Both the position numbers and the translations under genes were made by a program. The notes under the pieces are model-generated. The model was not told the DNA's origin. It did no database searches and was given only the letters and a program-made list of their open reading frames with translations. Positions 20,365 to 31,355 of a stretch of 64,000 bases of DNA are shown in pieces (the stretch's first letter is position 1; the number at the start of each line of letters is the position of its first letter). Location: contig CAVVOP010000021.1 in NCBI GenBank assembly GCA_963749915.1, forward strand, positions 576,001-640,000. Direction: 5' to 3'. The stretch is from an uncultured cyanobacterium (GTDB taxonomy: Bacteria > Cyanobacteriota > Cyanobacteriia > Cyanobacteriales > Cyanobacteriaceae).

Positions 20365-22488
20365 CCCACATTCCGCACGTCAAAGTGTATGATTTGAGAT
20401 TATGAGGTTAAAGACTGAAAAGTGACTACGAAAAGAAATTCTCAGTATGTTTTTTAGATAAAAATACTCAGTTAGAAGTTAGTTCTCTAAATAATTAAGA
20501 GAACTTAGATAAATTATGAGAAAATTAAGCAACGTTTGAGAGATAATTAAATTAAGTTTTTAATCTAATTTTGAGGATGAGCTACTCAGAAGAAATACAA
20601 GTTCAAACCATTAATCATTTAGGATTAATTGCCGGAATTATAGATGAAATTGGCATTGAAAAAATCATTAATGATGCCCTTGGGGTTGATGAAAGGGAAA
20701 TCGTCACAGCAGGTCAAATAGTTAAAGCAATTATTCTTAATGGGTTAGGATTTATTTCTCGACCTCTTTATCTATTTCCACAGTTTTTTAAAGACAAAGC
20801 CACAGAACATTTAATCGGAAAAGGAATACTACCTGAGCATTTGAATGATGACAGAATTGGAAGAATAATGGATGAACTTTATGAGAAAGGATTATCTCCA
20901 TTATTTTTAATCATTGCTTTAGCCACAGTAAAAAAATATGACATCAACATCAATTTTTCCCATTTGGATTCAACATCTTTTGCAGTAGAGGGGAAATATA
21001 GTCAAGAAAAAATCACCAAAAACTTGGTGAAAGAAAATGCAGAATTAGAGTTAATTAATCAAATTCCAATTAAGATAATTAAAGGTTATTCTCGTGACCA
21101 TAGACCAGATTTAAAACAATTTATTTTGGATTTAATTGTGAGTAGTGATGGTGATATTCCTTTATTTTTAAGAGTAGCAGATGGCAATGAAAATGATAAA
21201 GCAGTTTTCGGCAAAATAGCGAAAGAATACAAATCAATGATAGATTTTGAAACGATGATAGTAGGTGATAGTGCCTTATATACAGAAAATAACCTCAAAT
21301 TAATGAGTGGAATAGAATGGTTATCGAGAGTTCCACTATCAATAAAAGAGGCAAAAAATTTAGTTTCAGAACTATCAGAATCTGATTTGACTCCCAGCAG
21401 TTTAGAGGGATATTTATGGTATGAAGTAAGGAATAATTATGCAGAAATTGAGCAAAGATGGTTAGTAATAGAAAGTGAAAAAAGAAAGGCATCAGATTTA
21501 GAAAAACTAAGTAAAAAGATAGAGAAAGAAAAAGAAAAAAGCTTAGAAACATTGAAGAAATTGATGAGGGAAGAATTTAGGTCATCAGAGGGAGCTTATG
21601 AAACAGTTGTGAGACTGAATAAGACTTTAAAATATCATCACATAACCGAGCTAAAAATGACAGAAAGTGAGTTAAATAATCACAAGAAAAAATCGAAAAA
21701 GAAAGAAGAAAAATCGGGAAAAACTTATCAATTTACGGCTATTTTGAAATCAGATTTAACGAAAATAAACGAATCAAAAAAAAGAGCAGGAAGATTTGTG
21801 TTAGCGACAAATAGATTGGATAAAAGTAAATTTAATTCTGATGAAATTTTAATTAAGTATAAAGAGCAACAGGCCGCAGAAAGAGGTTTTAGTTTTTTGA
21901 AAGATCCATTATTTTTTGCAGATAGTGTGTTTTTAAAAACCCCAAAAAGAATCGAAACAATGGCAATGTTGATGGGGTTATGTCTGTTGGTATATTCTTT
22001 GGGGCAAAGAGAAGTACGTCGCGTATTAAAAGAGAAAAAAACAGGGATAAAAAACCAATTAGGGAAACTAACAGAACGTCCAACATTAAGGTGGGTTTTT
22101 CAATGTTTTCAGGGGATTCATTTAGTAATAAATAAAGGAATAAAACAAATAGTAAATCTAACAAATGAACGAAAACTAATTTTAAGTTTTTTCCCGATTT
22201 CTTGTCATAATTATTATATTTTATCTGGATAACTTATGGGATTTAAGAGTCTAAATATTCTCAATTATAATACCATAAATAAAGAAGAGAAAACTGATAG
22301 ATTTGCTCTGTTTATTTATTCTCATTAAAGGTGAAGTTATTGACAATGAGATTTTAATTTGAGCAAAGTTCGCGAATACAAAACGCGAACAAAGAAGATA
22401 TTGAGTATTATTACTTATATTTTGTCCAAAATAAGTTGCTTGGTTTTAATACTTTTATCATCTTACAAAGTGACGTGCGGAATGTGGG
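20365..22488 (+). mobile_element. IS1634-family insertion sequence
   Basis: Perfect 18-bp TIRs CCCACATTCCGCACGTCA enclosing the transposase. Confidence 0.93.
20571..22232 (+). CDS. IS1634 family transposase
   Basis: HLDSTSF, GYSRDHRPDLKQ, VGDSALY, YKEQQAAERGFSFLK. Confidence 0.95.
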   Translation: MRMSYSEEIQVQTINHLGLIAGIIDEIGIEKIINDALGVDEREIVTAGQIVKAIILNGLGFISRPLYLFPQFFKDKATEHLIGKGILPEHLNDDRIGRIMDELYEKGLSPLFLIIALATVKKYDININFSHLDSTSFAVEGKYSQEKITKNLVKENAELELINQIPIKIIKGYSRDHRPDLKQFILDLIVSSDGDIPLFLRVADGNENDKAVFGKIAKEYKSMIDFETMIVGDSALYTENNLKLMSGIEWLSRVPLSIKEAKNLVSELSESDLTPSSLEGYLWYEVRNNYAEIEQRWLVIESEKRKASDLEKLSKKIEKEKEKSLETLKKLMREEFRSSEGAYETVVRLNKTLKYHHITELKMTESELNNHKKKSKKKEEKSGKTYQFTAILKSDLTKINESKKRAGRFVLATNRLDKSKFNSDEILIKYKEQQAAERGFSFLKDPLFFADSVFLKTPKRIETMAMLMGLCLLVYSLGQREVRRVLKEKKTGIKNQLGKLTERPTLRWVFQCFQGIHLVINKGIKQIVNLTNERKLILSFFPISCHNYYILSG

Positions 22489-22797
22489 TTATATAATCCA
22501 TTCAGAAGTGCGATCCCCTAAATCTAGGGAAATACTAACGGCTTTACCTAAACGGGGACGATTTTTTGCCTCTAAAATACCTGTTTGTACTTGATCAATA
22601 ACTCCCCAACCAGTGATATAGTTAGCAATTTCCTCTAAATGCTGAAAATATTGGGTTTCTGTACGATGAAAGGAGGCTTGTTCTAAATATTTCCACATTA
22701 CCTGAAAATAAATTTTATCTTTAATCCGTAACACTTTAATATCATAAGAGTAACCCCATTTATTGAAAATCATTTCCTGTAAATCTTTTCCTGTCAT
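22489..22797 (-). CDS. DUF3067 family protein
   Basis: KWGYSYD...QVMWKYLEQASF...RPRLGKAVSI; upstream of petC; start taken at MTGKDLQ. Confidence 0.85.
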   Translation of the reverse strand: MTGKDLQEMIFNKWGYSYDIKVLRIKDKIYFQVMWKYLEQASFHRTETQYFQHLEEIANYITGWGVIDQVQTGILEAKNRPRLGKAVSISLDLGDRTSEWII

Positions 22798-23030
22798 AAT
22801 TAATTTTTGTGGAATGAATGAGAGAATAGATGTATTATTATAGGGCGATGAACATTGCAATTTTGGCAAAATTAATCATCTTTACCTTAAAGTGAGGGAA
22901 TGATTCTGCAAAAGGTTCATTTTTTGTAATAATTAGATAATGACTTTAATTAACCTTGTTTAGCATAAAGGTTCTTGAGTTTATTGTAAAACCATAACCA
23001 AAATATTCAATTACATAATTTAGTTTAGTT

Positions 23031-23570
23031 ATGACACAAATTTCTGGAAATGCTGATGTTCCCGATATGGGGCGCCGTCAGTTCATGAATTTACTGACTT
23101 TTGGCACTATTACTGGAGTTGCTGCCGGGGCATTATATCCGTTGGTCAGCTACTTTATCCCTAAATCCGCCGGCGGCGGTGGTGGTGGCTTAATTGCCAA
23201 AGATAAACTTGGTAATGATATTTTTGCCAGTGAATTTTTAGCTAGTCATCAAGCAGGGGATCGCACTTTAGCCCAAGGTTTAAAAGGTGATCCTACTTAT
23301 ATAGTTGTCACTGAAGATAAAAGTATTGCCTCTTACGGTATCAACGCCGTTTGTACTCACTTAGGTTGTGTCGTACCTTGGAATGCTTCAGAGGACAAGT
23401 TTATGTGTCCTTGTCATGGTTCTCAATACAATAAAGAAGGGAAAGTAGTACGTGGTCCGGCACCGTTATCTTTAGCCTTAGTTCATAGCGATGTTACTAA
23501 CGATAAAGTGGTTTTAACCAACTGGAAGGAAACCGACTTCCGTACGGGTGAGAATCCTTGGTGGATTTAA
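23031..23570 (+). CDS. petC: Cytochrome b6f Rieske subunit (housekeeping)
   Basis: Tat motif GRRQFM; CTHLGC and CPCHGS. Confidence 0.98.
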   Translation: MTQISGNADVPDMGRRQFMNLLTFGTITGVAAGALYPLVSYFIPKSAGGGGGGLIAKDKLGNDIFASEFLASHQAGDRTLAQGLKGDPTYIVVTEDKSIASYGINAVCTHLGCVVPWNASEDKFMCPCHGSQYNKEGKVVRGPAPLSLALVHSDVTNDKVVLTNWKETDFRTGENPWWI

Positions 23571-23693
23571 ATAATGAACAATGAACAATAAAGAATAAAC
23601 CATAAAAAATTAGTGGTTGGTCCAATTGTACTATTCTCTGTTCCTTTTTCCTTTGTAACCGATTTAGATAAAATTCAATAGTTGTAAATATCA

Positions 23694-24674
23694 ATGAGAG
23701 ATCATTCTTTTTTAGCAAACATGGCTCAAAAAATAAACAAAATTATCCTAGTAGCCATTGCTAGTATTTGTTTATTCCTTGCCAGTGATGTAGTCTTACC
23801 CCAAAGTGCTAGTGCGTATCCTTTTTGGGCCCAAGAAACCGCTCCTGTGACACCCCGTGAAGCTACAGGACGTATTGTTTGTGCCAACTGTCATCTTGCC
23901 GCTAAACCAGCGGAAGTGGAGATTCCTCAATCAGTATTACCTGACACCGTTTTTGAAGCAGTGGTGAAAATTCCTTATGATCATTCTGCACAACAAGTGT
24001 TAGGAGACGGAAGTAAAGGTGGTTTAAACGTCGGCGCAGTATTAATGTTACCCGATGGGTTCAAAATCGCTCCTGACGATCGTATTCCCGAAGAAATGAA
24101 AGAGAAAGTCGGCGGTACTTATTTCCAATCCTACCGTGAAGGTAAAGATAATTGGGTAATTGTCGGTCCTCTTCCGGGTGATAGCTATGAAGAAATCATT
24201 TTCCCTGTATTGTCTCCCGACCCTGCCAACGACCCTAACATTCACTATGGTAAATATTCCGTACATTTAGGTGCAAACAGAGGCCGAGGACAAGTATATC
24301 CCACCGGACAACTTAGCAACAATAACCTATTTAAAGCCCCCATAGCTGGTACTGTTACTGGTATTGCCGAGGTTGAGGGGGGTGCTTATACCGTGACAAT
24401 CACTGGCGAAGATGGTAACGCTACCACGGTAGATATTCCTGCTGGTCCTGAATTAATCGTCACTGAAGGTCAACAAATAGCCAATGGCGAACCTTTAACC
24501 AACAATCCCAATGTAGGTGGTTTCGGACAAAAAGATACAGAGGTTGTATTACAAAGTCCCGCTCGTATTCTCTGGTTATTAGTGTTTATTGGTGGTATAA
24601 TGCTATCTCAAGTCCTCTTAGTACTTAAGAAAAAACAAATCGAAAAAGTACAAGAAGCAGGAATGTATTTCTAA
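23694..24674 (+). CDS. petA: Apocytochrome f
   Basis: YPFWAQ, CANCH, C-terminal TM helix. Confidence 0.98.
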   Translation: MRDHSFLANMAQKINKIILVAIASICLFLASDVVLPQSASAYPFWAQETAPVTPREATGRIVCANCHLAAKPAEVEIPQSVLPDTVFEAVVKIPYDHSAQQVLGDGSKGGLNVGAVLMLPDGFKIAPDDRIPEEMKEKVGGTYFQSYREGKDNWVIVGPLPGDSYEEIIFPVLSPDPANDPNIHYGKYSVHLGANRGRGQVYPTGQLSNNNLFKAPIAGTVTGIAEVEGGAYTVTITGEDGNATTVDIPAGPELIVTEGQQIANGEPLTNNPNVGGFGQKDTEVVLQSPARILWLLVFIGGIMLSQVLLVLKKKQIEKVQEAGMYF

Positions 24675-24699
24675 GTTTTCCTACTTTTTTACACTTATG

Positions 24700-24723
24700 G
24701 AGGCTATTAAGCCTCTTTTTTTT
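24700..24723 (+). terminator. Rho-independent terminator after petA
   Basis: GAGGCT-ATTA-AGCCTC followed by a T run. Confidence 0.75.
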
Positions 24724-24738
24724 ATGCTCTTTGATACT

Positions 24739-25545
24739 CTATAAAGGTTTATTTGAACTCTGAAGATTAAAAATATTTTTCAGGGGTAAATATGCCCTAT
24801 GATCAGGGTTATATTCCTTGATTTTTTTTTCAATTTTGATGTTGTTAAAAGGGATTATTTCTACCACACTATTACTATAGCCGATCGCTTCTAAATTCTC
24901 AACAAATTCTGGTGTCCAATAATTAATTTTAATGGGAAAATTGGCTTTTTCAATAATCATATTTCTAGTAATGCCAGGTAAAATGCCTGAGTCTAAAGCA
25001 GGGGTAAACCAAATTCCTTCTTTGTATCCCCATAAATTCCCCGTACTGGTTTCTAACCAATTATTATTAATATCTGTTAAAATTGCTTCGTCATAACCTT
25101 GTTTTTTTGCCTGTTGTAATGCTAAATAACAACCTAAATAATTTCCCGTTTTATGTGCTGGTAAAGATCGCTTTATATTGGGATCGATGGATAGTAATCC
25201 TTTTATTCCTTTTCGTTGTTTTTCTTCTAAATTAATAGGTAATTGTCGCCCTATAATTAATTCTTTTCCATCGGGAAAAATTGTAATTCTTAACACAGAA
25301 AAATAGTTTAAGAAATAGTTCGCTTCTTTTTCTATTTTGTCCCAGTCTGGCATGATCCAATCAAACTCTTTGATACTAGATTTGAGGCGATCGCAGTGGT
25401 TTTGCCAGTTTGTTAAAGGATGGTTTAAAAATTTTTGATATGGCCTTAAAGTGGTAAAAATAGTTGCACCATATAGCCAACTAGAGTCATTAATGTCTAA
25501 CTGAATATAGTTATTTTCTTTTAACTGTCCATCATAATAAAACAT
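24739..25545 (-). CDS. Aminotransferase class IV (4-amino-4-deoxychorismate lyase-like)
   Basis: YGATIFTT, HKTGNY, ETSTGNL, ILPGITR. Confidence 0.88.
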   Translation of the reverse strand: MFYYDGQLKENNYIQLDINDSSWLYGATIFTTLRPYQKFLNHPLTNWQNHCDRLKSSIKEFDWIMPDWDKIEKEANYFLNYFSVLRITIFPDGKELIIGRQLPINLEEKQRKGIKGLLSIDPNIKRSLPAHKTGNYLGCYLALQQAKKQGYDEAILTDINNNWLETSTGNLWGYKEGIWFTPALDSGILPGITRNMIIEKANFPIKINYWTPEFVENLEAIGYSNSVVEIIPFNNIKIEKKIKEYNPDHRAYLPLKNIFNLQSSNKPL

Positions 25546-25882
25546 TCACTTTTGGGGTTTACTTATATAAGGTTTCCTTGGCTTGATGGGCTACAGTAAG
25601 GGAAATCATCCGAGAAAATTGACTGGCGTTATCTGATTGAGAACTCATTTGGAAATTTTTATAAGAATCAGCAATTAAACAGGCGAAAAAGCCTACTACA
25701 ATATAAAAAATTAAGCAGTTGCAAAAAAAATTATATTGAGAATTTATTCGTTTAAACATAACGGGTAACACTCAAAATATTGAGGTGAGAAACTTGATAT
25801 TATTCTAGACCTAAGTTTAATTTAAAAGTTCCTTAAAATACTATACTTGTGAAGGTTATATTTGATGTGATCAAGACTATCA

Positions 25883-26554
25883 TTACCAATGAACTTGACT
25901 TAGTATATATTTAAGACAATCATAGTCATTTTTTAATAATACGCTTAAGGTGCGTCCCGCATTAACTAACCATTGACGATCACCTCCTCTCAAACTATAA
26001 CTTTCCCTTAAAGTAGCGGCAATCAGGGATTCAACGGGAGTATTTTGCACTTGTAATAAAACCCTCAGAAAATCAGGGTTGGCGGTAAAATTGATAATTT
26101 CTTCGGTATCACAACGAAAAACCGCTTGATGAATTTGAGGAGGACGAGGAGGTAAATATTGGTATATCTTGCCGTTAGAAGGGCTATAACCATTATTTTC
26201 ATGGGTAGAGGGTGTTTCAAAACCGATGATTACCCCCCGAAATTCCGTCTTTAACATCGCAAAAATTTGTGGTTGTTGATCTTTTAATTCTGCGATAGTT
26301 AAACCTAACGCCCTAGCTCGATGCACTGAATCTATCGGGGCAGTAGTAACGTTTGTAACTAAAGAAAATATTTTATTACCGGATTCATCATCAAAGGATT
26401 TAACCCAGCTGCCAAAAGGAGGCATAGCAGGAAAATTTAGTTCTTCAGGTTCTAAACACTGGGCTAAAAATTCGATGGTTGAGGTTTCGATTACTTCGCC
26501 AATATGATTAGAATGGCGATCTTCGTTGTTTAATTTCGGCAATGGTAAACGCAT
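25883..26554 (-). CDS. Conserved cyanobacterial HAS-barrel domain protein
   Basis: MRLPLP...MPPFGSWV...HRARALG...QYLPPRPPQIHQ. Confidence 0.7.
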   Translation of the reverse strand: MRLPLPKLNNEDRHSNHIGEVIETSTIEFLAQCLEPEELNFPAMPPFGSWVKSFDDESGNKIFSLVTNVTTAPIDSVHRARALGLTIAELKDQQPQIFAMLKTEFRGVIIGFETPSTHENNGYSPSNGKIYQYLPPRPPQIHQAVFRCDTEEIINFTANPDFLRVLLQVQNTPVESLIAATLRESYSLRGGDRQWLVNAGRTLSVLLKNDYDCLKYILSQVHW

Positions 26555-26641
26555 TTTTTTCAGTGAACAATGAACAATGAAGAAGGGCAAAAGGCAATAA
26601 TTAACTATCAACTGTCAATTGTCAATTTTCCTAACTGTCAA

Positions 26642-27640
26642 TTACATTACAGAATGTCCTAATGCCAATCCCATGACTAACATCCCTAATACTAAAAAGG
26701 GTTGTGCACTGGCTTGATATTTAACATCATTTTTTAAAGGATCGCGCAAAAAGTACATATCTTGGAAGGTAATTTGGGGAATTACTAACAACAATAAAAT
26801 AGTAGCATAAAGGTTTTGATGTAAGTAGATTAAATAAGCACCCATGCCGATTTGAAATACATCGATCATGATAACACAAATCCATGCGGCGGTAGTGACT
26901 CCAAACATCACGGGGAGGGATTTTAAGCCTAATTGGCGATCGCCTTCCACACTTTTAAAATCATTAACCACGGCAATGCCTAAACCCGCCATACTATAAA
27001 TGAGAGTAAGAATCACTATAGTCCAATTTAACTCGCCAAATAAAGCATGACCAGCCCACCAGGGTAGTGCGATATAACTCGAACCCAACGCATAGTTACC
27101 TAACCAACCATTTTGTTTTAATTTTAACGGTGGTGCAGAATAAATATAGGAAATGAACGAGCCACCGATGGCTAAACAGGTTAAGATGGGAAATTCATGA
27201 TTCGCCCATACATCTAAACCATAGGCAACACCGATACCTGCAAACAGTAAAACTAAGATTTGGGTTACTACTTGAGGAATGGAAATAATCCCAGAGGGAA
27301 TGGGGCGGTAGGGTTCGTTAATAGCGTCTATGTCTCGATCATAAAAATCATTGATAGTTTGGGTATAGCCTGCTAAAAGAGGACCAGACATCAACATACA
27401 AGTTAAAGCCATGAGAAAATCCTCAAAACCCCATACATAACCTCCAGAAGAAGCTGCACCACAGACAACCCCCCAAATTAAGGGTATCCATGTAATCGGT
27501 TTCATCAACTGAAGCCTAATCTGCCAGATATTTTGAGCCTTTTTTGCTCCCTTCATTCCCAGTAATTGTCGAGCTTTTGAGCCTTTATCCTCTCGATCTA
27601 ATTCAACTTTAGTGTAATCTTTCTTCTCTATTTCCGTCAT
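26642..27640 (-). CDS. chlG: Chlorophyll synthase
   Basis: LMKPITWIP, NDFYDRDIDAINEPYRPIPSG. Confidence 0.98.
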   Translation of the reverse strand: MTEIEKKDYTKVELDREDKGSKARQLLGMKGAKKAQNIWQIRLQLMKPITWIPLIWGVVCGAASSGGYVWGFEDFLMALTCMLMSGPLLAGYTQTINDFYDRDIDAINEPYRPIPSGIISIPQVVTQILVLLFAGIGVAYGLDVWANHEFPILTCLAIGGSFISYIYSAPPLKLKQNGWLGNYALGSSYIALPWWAGHALFGELNWTIVILTLIYSMAGLGIAVVNDFKSVEGDRQLGLKSLPVMFGVTTAAWICVIMIDVFQIGMGAYLIYLHQNLYATILLLLVIPQITFQDMYFLRDPLKNDVKYQASAQPFLVLGMLVMGLALGHSVM

Positions 27641-27876
27641 TGTTATTTACCGTAATGGTTAATTTATTAATGCCAAATAGTATAGCAATCTGCTAGTAGA
27701 ATAAGGAATTTACGAGGGCAATTTCAAGGGAAATGTGTTATGATCAATTTAGTCTTTACTCTGCTACCTGAATCCTCACGAAATTAATTACAATTTATTG
27801 CGATCGCAATAAATCAAACAACAGCATTGTTGCCTCAACTTTAGGGATAAAATAATAGCAATTAGTCAATATAGCT

Positions 27877-28485
27877 ATGTCATCAACCAATTATTCCGAT
27901 TTAGTGTCTCTTGATCCTAGCCAACCAATTTGGCAACATTTTTTCACCGTTGCACCTTTAATTGTGGTGGGAACAAAAGAAGCAACTGTCGGTTATGATT
28001 TGGCCCCGAAACACATGGCAATGCCTTTGGGTTGGGATAATTACTTTACCTTTGTCTGCACACCTCGTCATCGCACTTATCAAAATATCCAACGAGAAAA
28101 AGCTTTCACTGTTAGTTTTCCTGATCCAGATCAAGTTGTTTTAACCAGTCTGACTGCCACCCCTCATTGTGATCAACAACAAAAGCCAATTTTAGAGGTT
28201 TTACCCACATTTTCTGCCTCCGTGGTTGATGGTGTATTCCTCAAAACTGCCTATCTTTTTCTCGAATGTCAGTTAGAGCGGATCATAGACGGATTTGGTG
28301 ATAATAGCTTAATTATTGGTAAAATAATCGCTGCTGCTGTGGCTCAAGAGGCTTTTCGTGCCAGTGGACAAGATGACCAAGATTTAATCTATCACAGGCC
28401 CCTACTCGCCTATATTGCACCAAACCGTTATGCCAAAATTGAACAAAGTTTTTCCTTTCCCTTTCCTGCTGGATTTCACCGATAA
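27877..28485 (+). CDS. Flavin reductase-like (DIM6/NTAB) protein
   Basis: DLAPKHM...TYQNI...FTVSFP...LECQL. Confidence 0.75.
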   Translation: MSSTNYSDLVSLDPSQPIWQHFFTVAPLIVVGTKEATVGYDLAPKHMAMPLGWDNYFTFVCTPRHRTYQNIQREKAFTVSFPDPDQVVLTSLTATPHCDQQQKPILEVLPTFSASVVDGVFLKTAYLFLECQLERIIDGFGDNSLIIGKIIAAAVAQEAFRASGQDDQDLIYHRPLLAYIAPNRYAKIEQSFSFPFPAGFHR

Positions 28486-29657
28486 TGCCTGTGTTTAACG
28501 ACTCTAGTAATCAAACTAAGCGGCTTTTAGACTACATTTACAGTCGTCAACAGGAGATGCTTGACTTCTTACAGCAATTAGTAAAAGCGGAATCCCCCTC
28601 GAATATTCCTGAGTCTCAGCAGGAAATAATGAATTTACTGGCCAAAGCCCTACAACAAAGAGGTTATCAAGTATCTCACTTACCAGGAAAACGGACTGGA
28701 GGACAATTATTGGCTAAACCTCAAAATCGAGTTTATCAGCAACCCTTACAACTAATTTTAGGGCATTCTGATACGGTGTGGTCATTAGGGACATTAAAAA
28801 AAATGCCCTTGTATCAAAAAGCCGATAGGATGTATGGACCTGGGATCTATGATATGAAAGCAGGATTGGTTCAAATGCTGTTTGCTGTGGAAGCAATTCA
28901 ATCTCTGGAGATACCCACAGAAGTTACACCCGTTATTTTCATCAATTCCGATGAAGAAATCGGCTCCATTGAATCAAAAAGACGAATTTGTAAACTTGCT
29001 CCTAAAATGAATCGTGTTTTTGTCTTAGAACCATCCTTAGGAATCCAGGGTAAATTGAAAACTAGACGTAAAGGTGTCGCTCGGTTTACGATCAAGGTTA
29101 TCGGCAAAGCCGCTCATGCTGGTTTAGAGCCAGAAAAAGGGGCTAGTGCCATTCTTGAGCTTTCTTTTCTCATTCAAAAGCTATTTGCCCTTAATAACCC
29201 GGAAAAGGGGATTACAGTGAATGTAGGTACCATTGACGGCGGGATTCGTCCTAATGTAGTTGCTCCTATTAGCACCGCTGAAGTTGATGTTCGGGTAATG
29301 GATCCCGAAGATATGCCCCTAATTGAACAAGTAATTAAAAGCTTACAGCCTACTTTGCCCAATATTCAGCTAGAAATCGAGGGTTATTTTGAACATCCGC
29401 CAATGGAAAAAACACCGAGAAATGAACAATTATGGCAATTAGCACAGCAAGCAGCCTCAGAAATTGGTCTTAATCTAGAAGAAGGTACCGCAGGCGGTAG
29501 TTCTGATGGTAATACTACCAGTATTTATGCTCCTACTCTTGATGGTTTAGGTGCAGTAGGGGATGGTGCACATGCCCCGGATGAGTTTATTTATTGGCAA
29601 CAAATGACGGAACGTTCACTATTATTAGCAAAATTGCTGATATCTGAGGTTTTATGA
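28485..29657 (+). CDS. M20 family metallopeptidase (glutamate carboxypeptidase-like)
   Basis: GHSDTV, GPGIYDMKAG, SDEEIGS, GKAAHAG, GAHAPDE. Confidence 0.92.
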   Translation: MPVFNDSSNQTKRLLDYIYSRQQEMLDFLQQLVKAESPSNIPESQQEIMNLLAKALQQRGYQVSHLPGKRTGGQLLAKPQNRVYQQPLQLILGHSDTVWSLGTLKKMPLYQKADRMYGPGIYDMKAGLVQMLFAVEAIQSLEIPTEVTPVIFINSDEEIGSIESKRRICKLAPKMNRVFVLEPSLGIQGKLKTRRKGVARFTIKVIGKAAHAGLEPEKGASAILELSFLIQKLFALNNPEKGITVNVGTIDGGIRPNVVAPISTAEVDVRVMDPEDMPLIEQVIKSLQPTLPNIQLEIEGYFEHPPMEKTPRNEQLWQLAQQAASEIGLNLEEGTAGGSSDGNTTSIYAPTLDGLGAVGDGAHAPDEFIYWQQMTERSLLLAKLLISEVL

Positions 29658-29671
29658 CAGAATTTAGTTGT

Positions 29672-29757
29672 TTAAGAGAGCATGTTTGAAAATTAAAAAT
29701 TAAGTGGACACCTGAGTTGAAGAACTCCTAGTTAAACGTTCAAACACTCTCTCTTAA
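29672..29757. mobile_element. Short MITE-like inverted-repeat element
   Basis: TTAAGAGAG-CA-TGTTTGAA ... TTCAAACA-CT-CTCTCTTAA ends, IS5-like. Confidence 0.6.
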
Positions 29758-29794
29758 TACCTTTAAAACTGTGCTTAAGTCTGGGCCATTCCTG

Positions 29795-30598
29795 TTATAA
29801 TCCGGTGTATTTGAGATAACTAGACAGTAATAAATCCCCAAAAAACATTGTTGTAACCGCACCCATAACTAAAAAAGGGCCAAATGGCATGGGTTTACCT
29901 TTTGCTAATAATTTTAAGGTAATCGCACTAATTCCTACAATCGTACCATAAAGACAAGCAAGAAAACCAGTAATAAAAACTCCTTGCCATCCTAACCATG
30001 ATCCGATCATAGCGGCTAACTTAGGATCGCCCCCTCCCATAGCAGGTTTACCGAAAACGACACTACCGACAAGACGAATCCCATCAAATAAGGAAATACC
30101 GACTACCGCACTTAAAATACTGATAAAGAGATAAGCAGAAGCGCTGTGAATACCGCCGACAGTAAAACCTAGCCACGTTTGCCAAATTACGCCCATAACT
30201 AACCCCGACTGAGTGAGAGAATTGGGTAAAATCATGGTATCCATATCAATCAAGGCTAAAGCAATCAACCAACTCAGAAAAATCACATAACCGACACTTA
30301 ACCATGTAAAACCAAATTGATAGAATACCAACGCAAAAAATAATCCTGTCACCGCTTCAATTAAAGGGTAACGAGGAGAAATGGGGGTATGACACCAACG
30401 ACACTTACCCTGTAACCATGACCAACCGATAACGGGGATATTTTCTATTTTACCAAGGGGATGTAAACATTTTGGACATCTTGAGGGAGGTTTTATCAAA
30501 GAAATTTTGGCAGGTATGCGATAAATTACCACATTCAGAAAACTACCAATACACGCACCCCAAGTAAAGATAATTAGATAGATTAAAAAGTTAGTCAT
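29795..30598 (-). CDS. pilD: Prepilin peptidase
   Basis: GSFLNVVIYRIP, CPKC...CRWC, MGGGDPKL, PFGPFL. Confidence 0.95.
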   Translation of the reverse strand: MTNFLIYLIIFTWGACIGSFLNVVIYRIPAKISLIKPPSRCPKCLHPLGKIENIPVIGWSWLQGKCRWCHTPISPRYPLIEAVTGLFFALVFYQFGFTWLSVGYVIFLSWLIALALIDMDTMILPNSLTQSGLVMGVIWQTWLGFTVGGIHSASAYLFISILSAVVGISLFDGIRLVGSVVFGKPAMGGGDPKLAAMIGSWLGWQGVFITGFLACLYGTIVGISAITLKLLAKGKPMPFGPFLVMGAVTTMFFGDLLLSSYLKYTGL

Positions 30599-30666
30599 GG
30601 ATAATTATGATATCTTGCGTCAAATTAAAATCTACTCGTGTCGTACAACAAAGCCATTATCGATTG

Positions 30667-31341
30667 TCAATTCTCAACTGACATGACAAGTAAAGCGTTA
30701 ATGATCGCCGACGCTACCGTTGAGCCACCCTTATTACCGATAATTTGTATTTGGGGAATGTCTAACTTGGCTAAATATTCCTTAGATTCTAACACCGATA
30801 CAAATCCGACAGGTGCACCAATCACTAAAGACGGTTTAATTTTTTGTCCCTCGCATTGTTTACAAAGAGCTATCAGAGCAGTAGGTGCATTACCAATAAC
30901 GTAAATACCCTGGGGATATTTCTCACCGCACTGCAGTAAGCCTGTTTCCGTCAAAGTGTGTCCTTCTTCTGGCTGTTTTGCCTGTTTTACCGCAACAATA
31001 ATCTCGTTTCGATGAGTTTTTGCCACCATATTGCGGATACCTTCTTTTACCATGCTGACATCGGTTATTATTGGGATTTTTGCTGTTAAAGCAGCGATGG
31101 CAATATCAATGACCTTATGACTACAATAAAGTAGATGTAAAAAATCAAAGTCAGCGGTAGTGTGAATAATGCGACGGACAATATTATACTCAGGGGGGGT
31201 GAGATGATGTTCGCCGATAATCTCATCAATCATGGCAAAACTTTTTTCAATAATGGGGTTGCTTAAATTATGCATTATAGAAAATTTTGACGAATAATTA
31301 GCGTCGGAACATAATATTATCATGCCCTTACCCATGAGCAA
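30667..31341 (-). CDS. cobH: Precorrin-8X methylmutase
   Basis: RRIIHTTADF, IGNAPTAL, PVGFV, KGGSTVA; true start probably ~31275. Confidence 0.92.
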   Translation of the reverse strand: MLMGKGMIILCSDANYSSKFSIMHNLSNPIIEKSFAMIDEIIGEHHLTPPEYNIVRRIIHTTADFDFLHLLYCSHKVIDIAIAALTAKIPIITDVSMVKEGIRNMVAKTHRNEIIVAVKQAKQPEEGHTLTETGLLQCGEKYPQGIYVIGNAPTALIALCKQCEGQKIKPSLVIGAPVGFVSVLESKEYLAKLDIPQIQIIGNKGGSTVASAIINALLVMSVEN

Positions 31342-31355
31342 TTAGCTATCAACCG

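Larger units (their letters stand above)
19218..22488. mobile_element. Composite element: MITE + cargo + IS1634
   Basis: Outer TIRs CCCACATTCCGCACGTCA (19218) and TGACGTGCGGAATGTGGG (22488), flanked by TTATAT at 19212-19217 and 22489-22494. Confidence 0.75.

Noticed and set aside
25559..25771. 70-aa ORF with a hydrophobic stretch
   Set aside because: Could be real, but no recognisable family or RBS to support it
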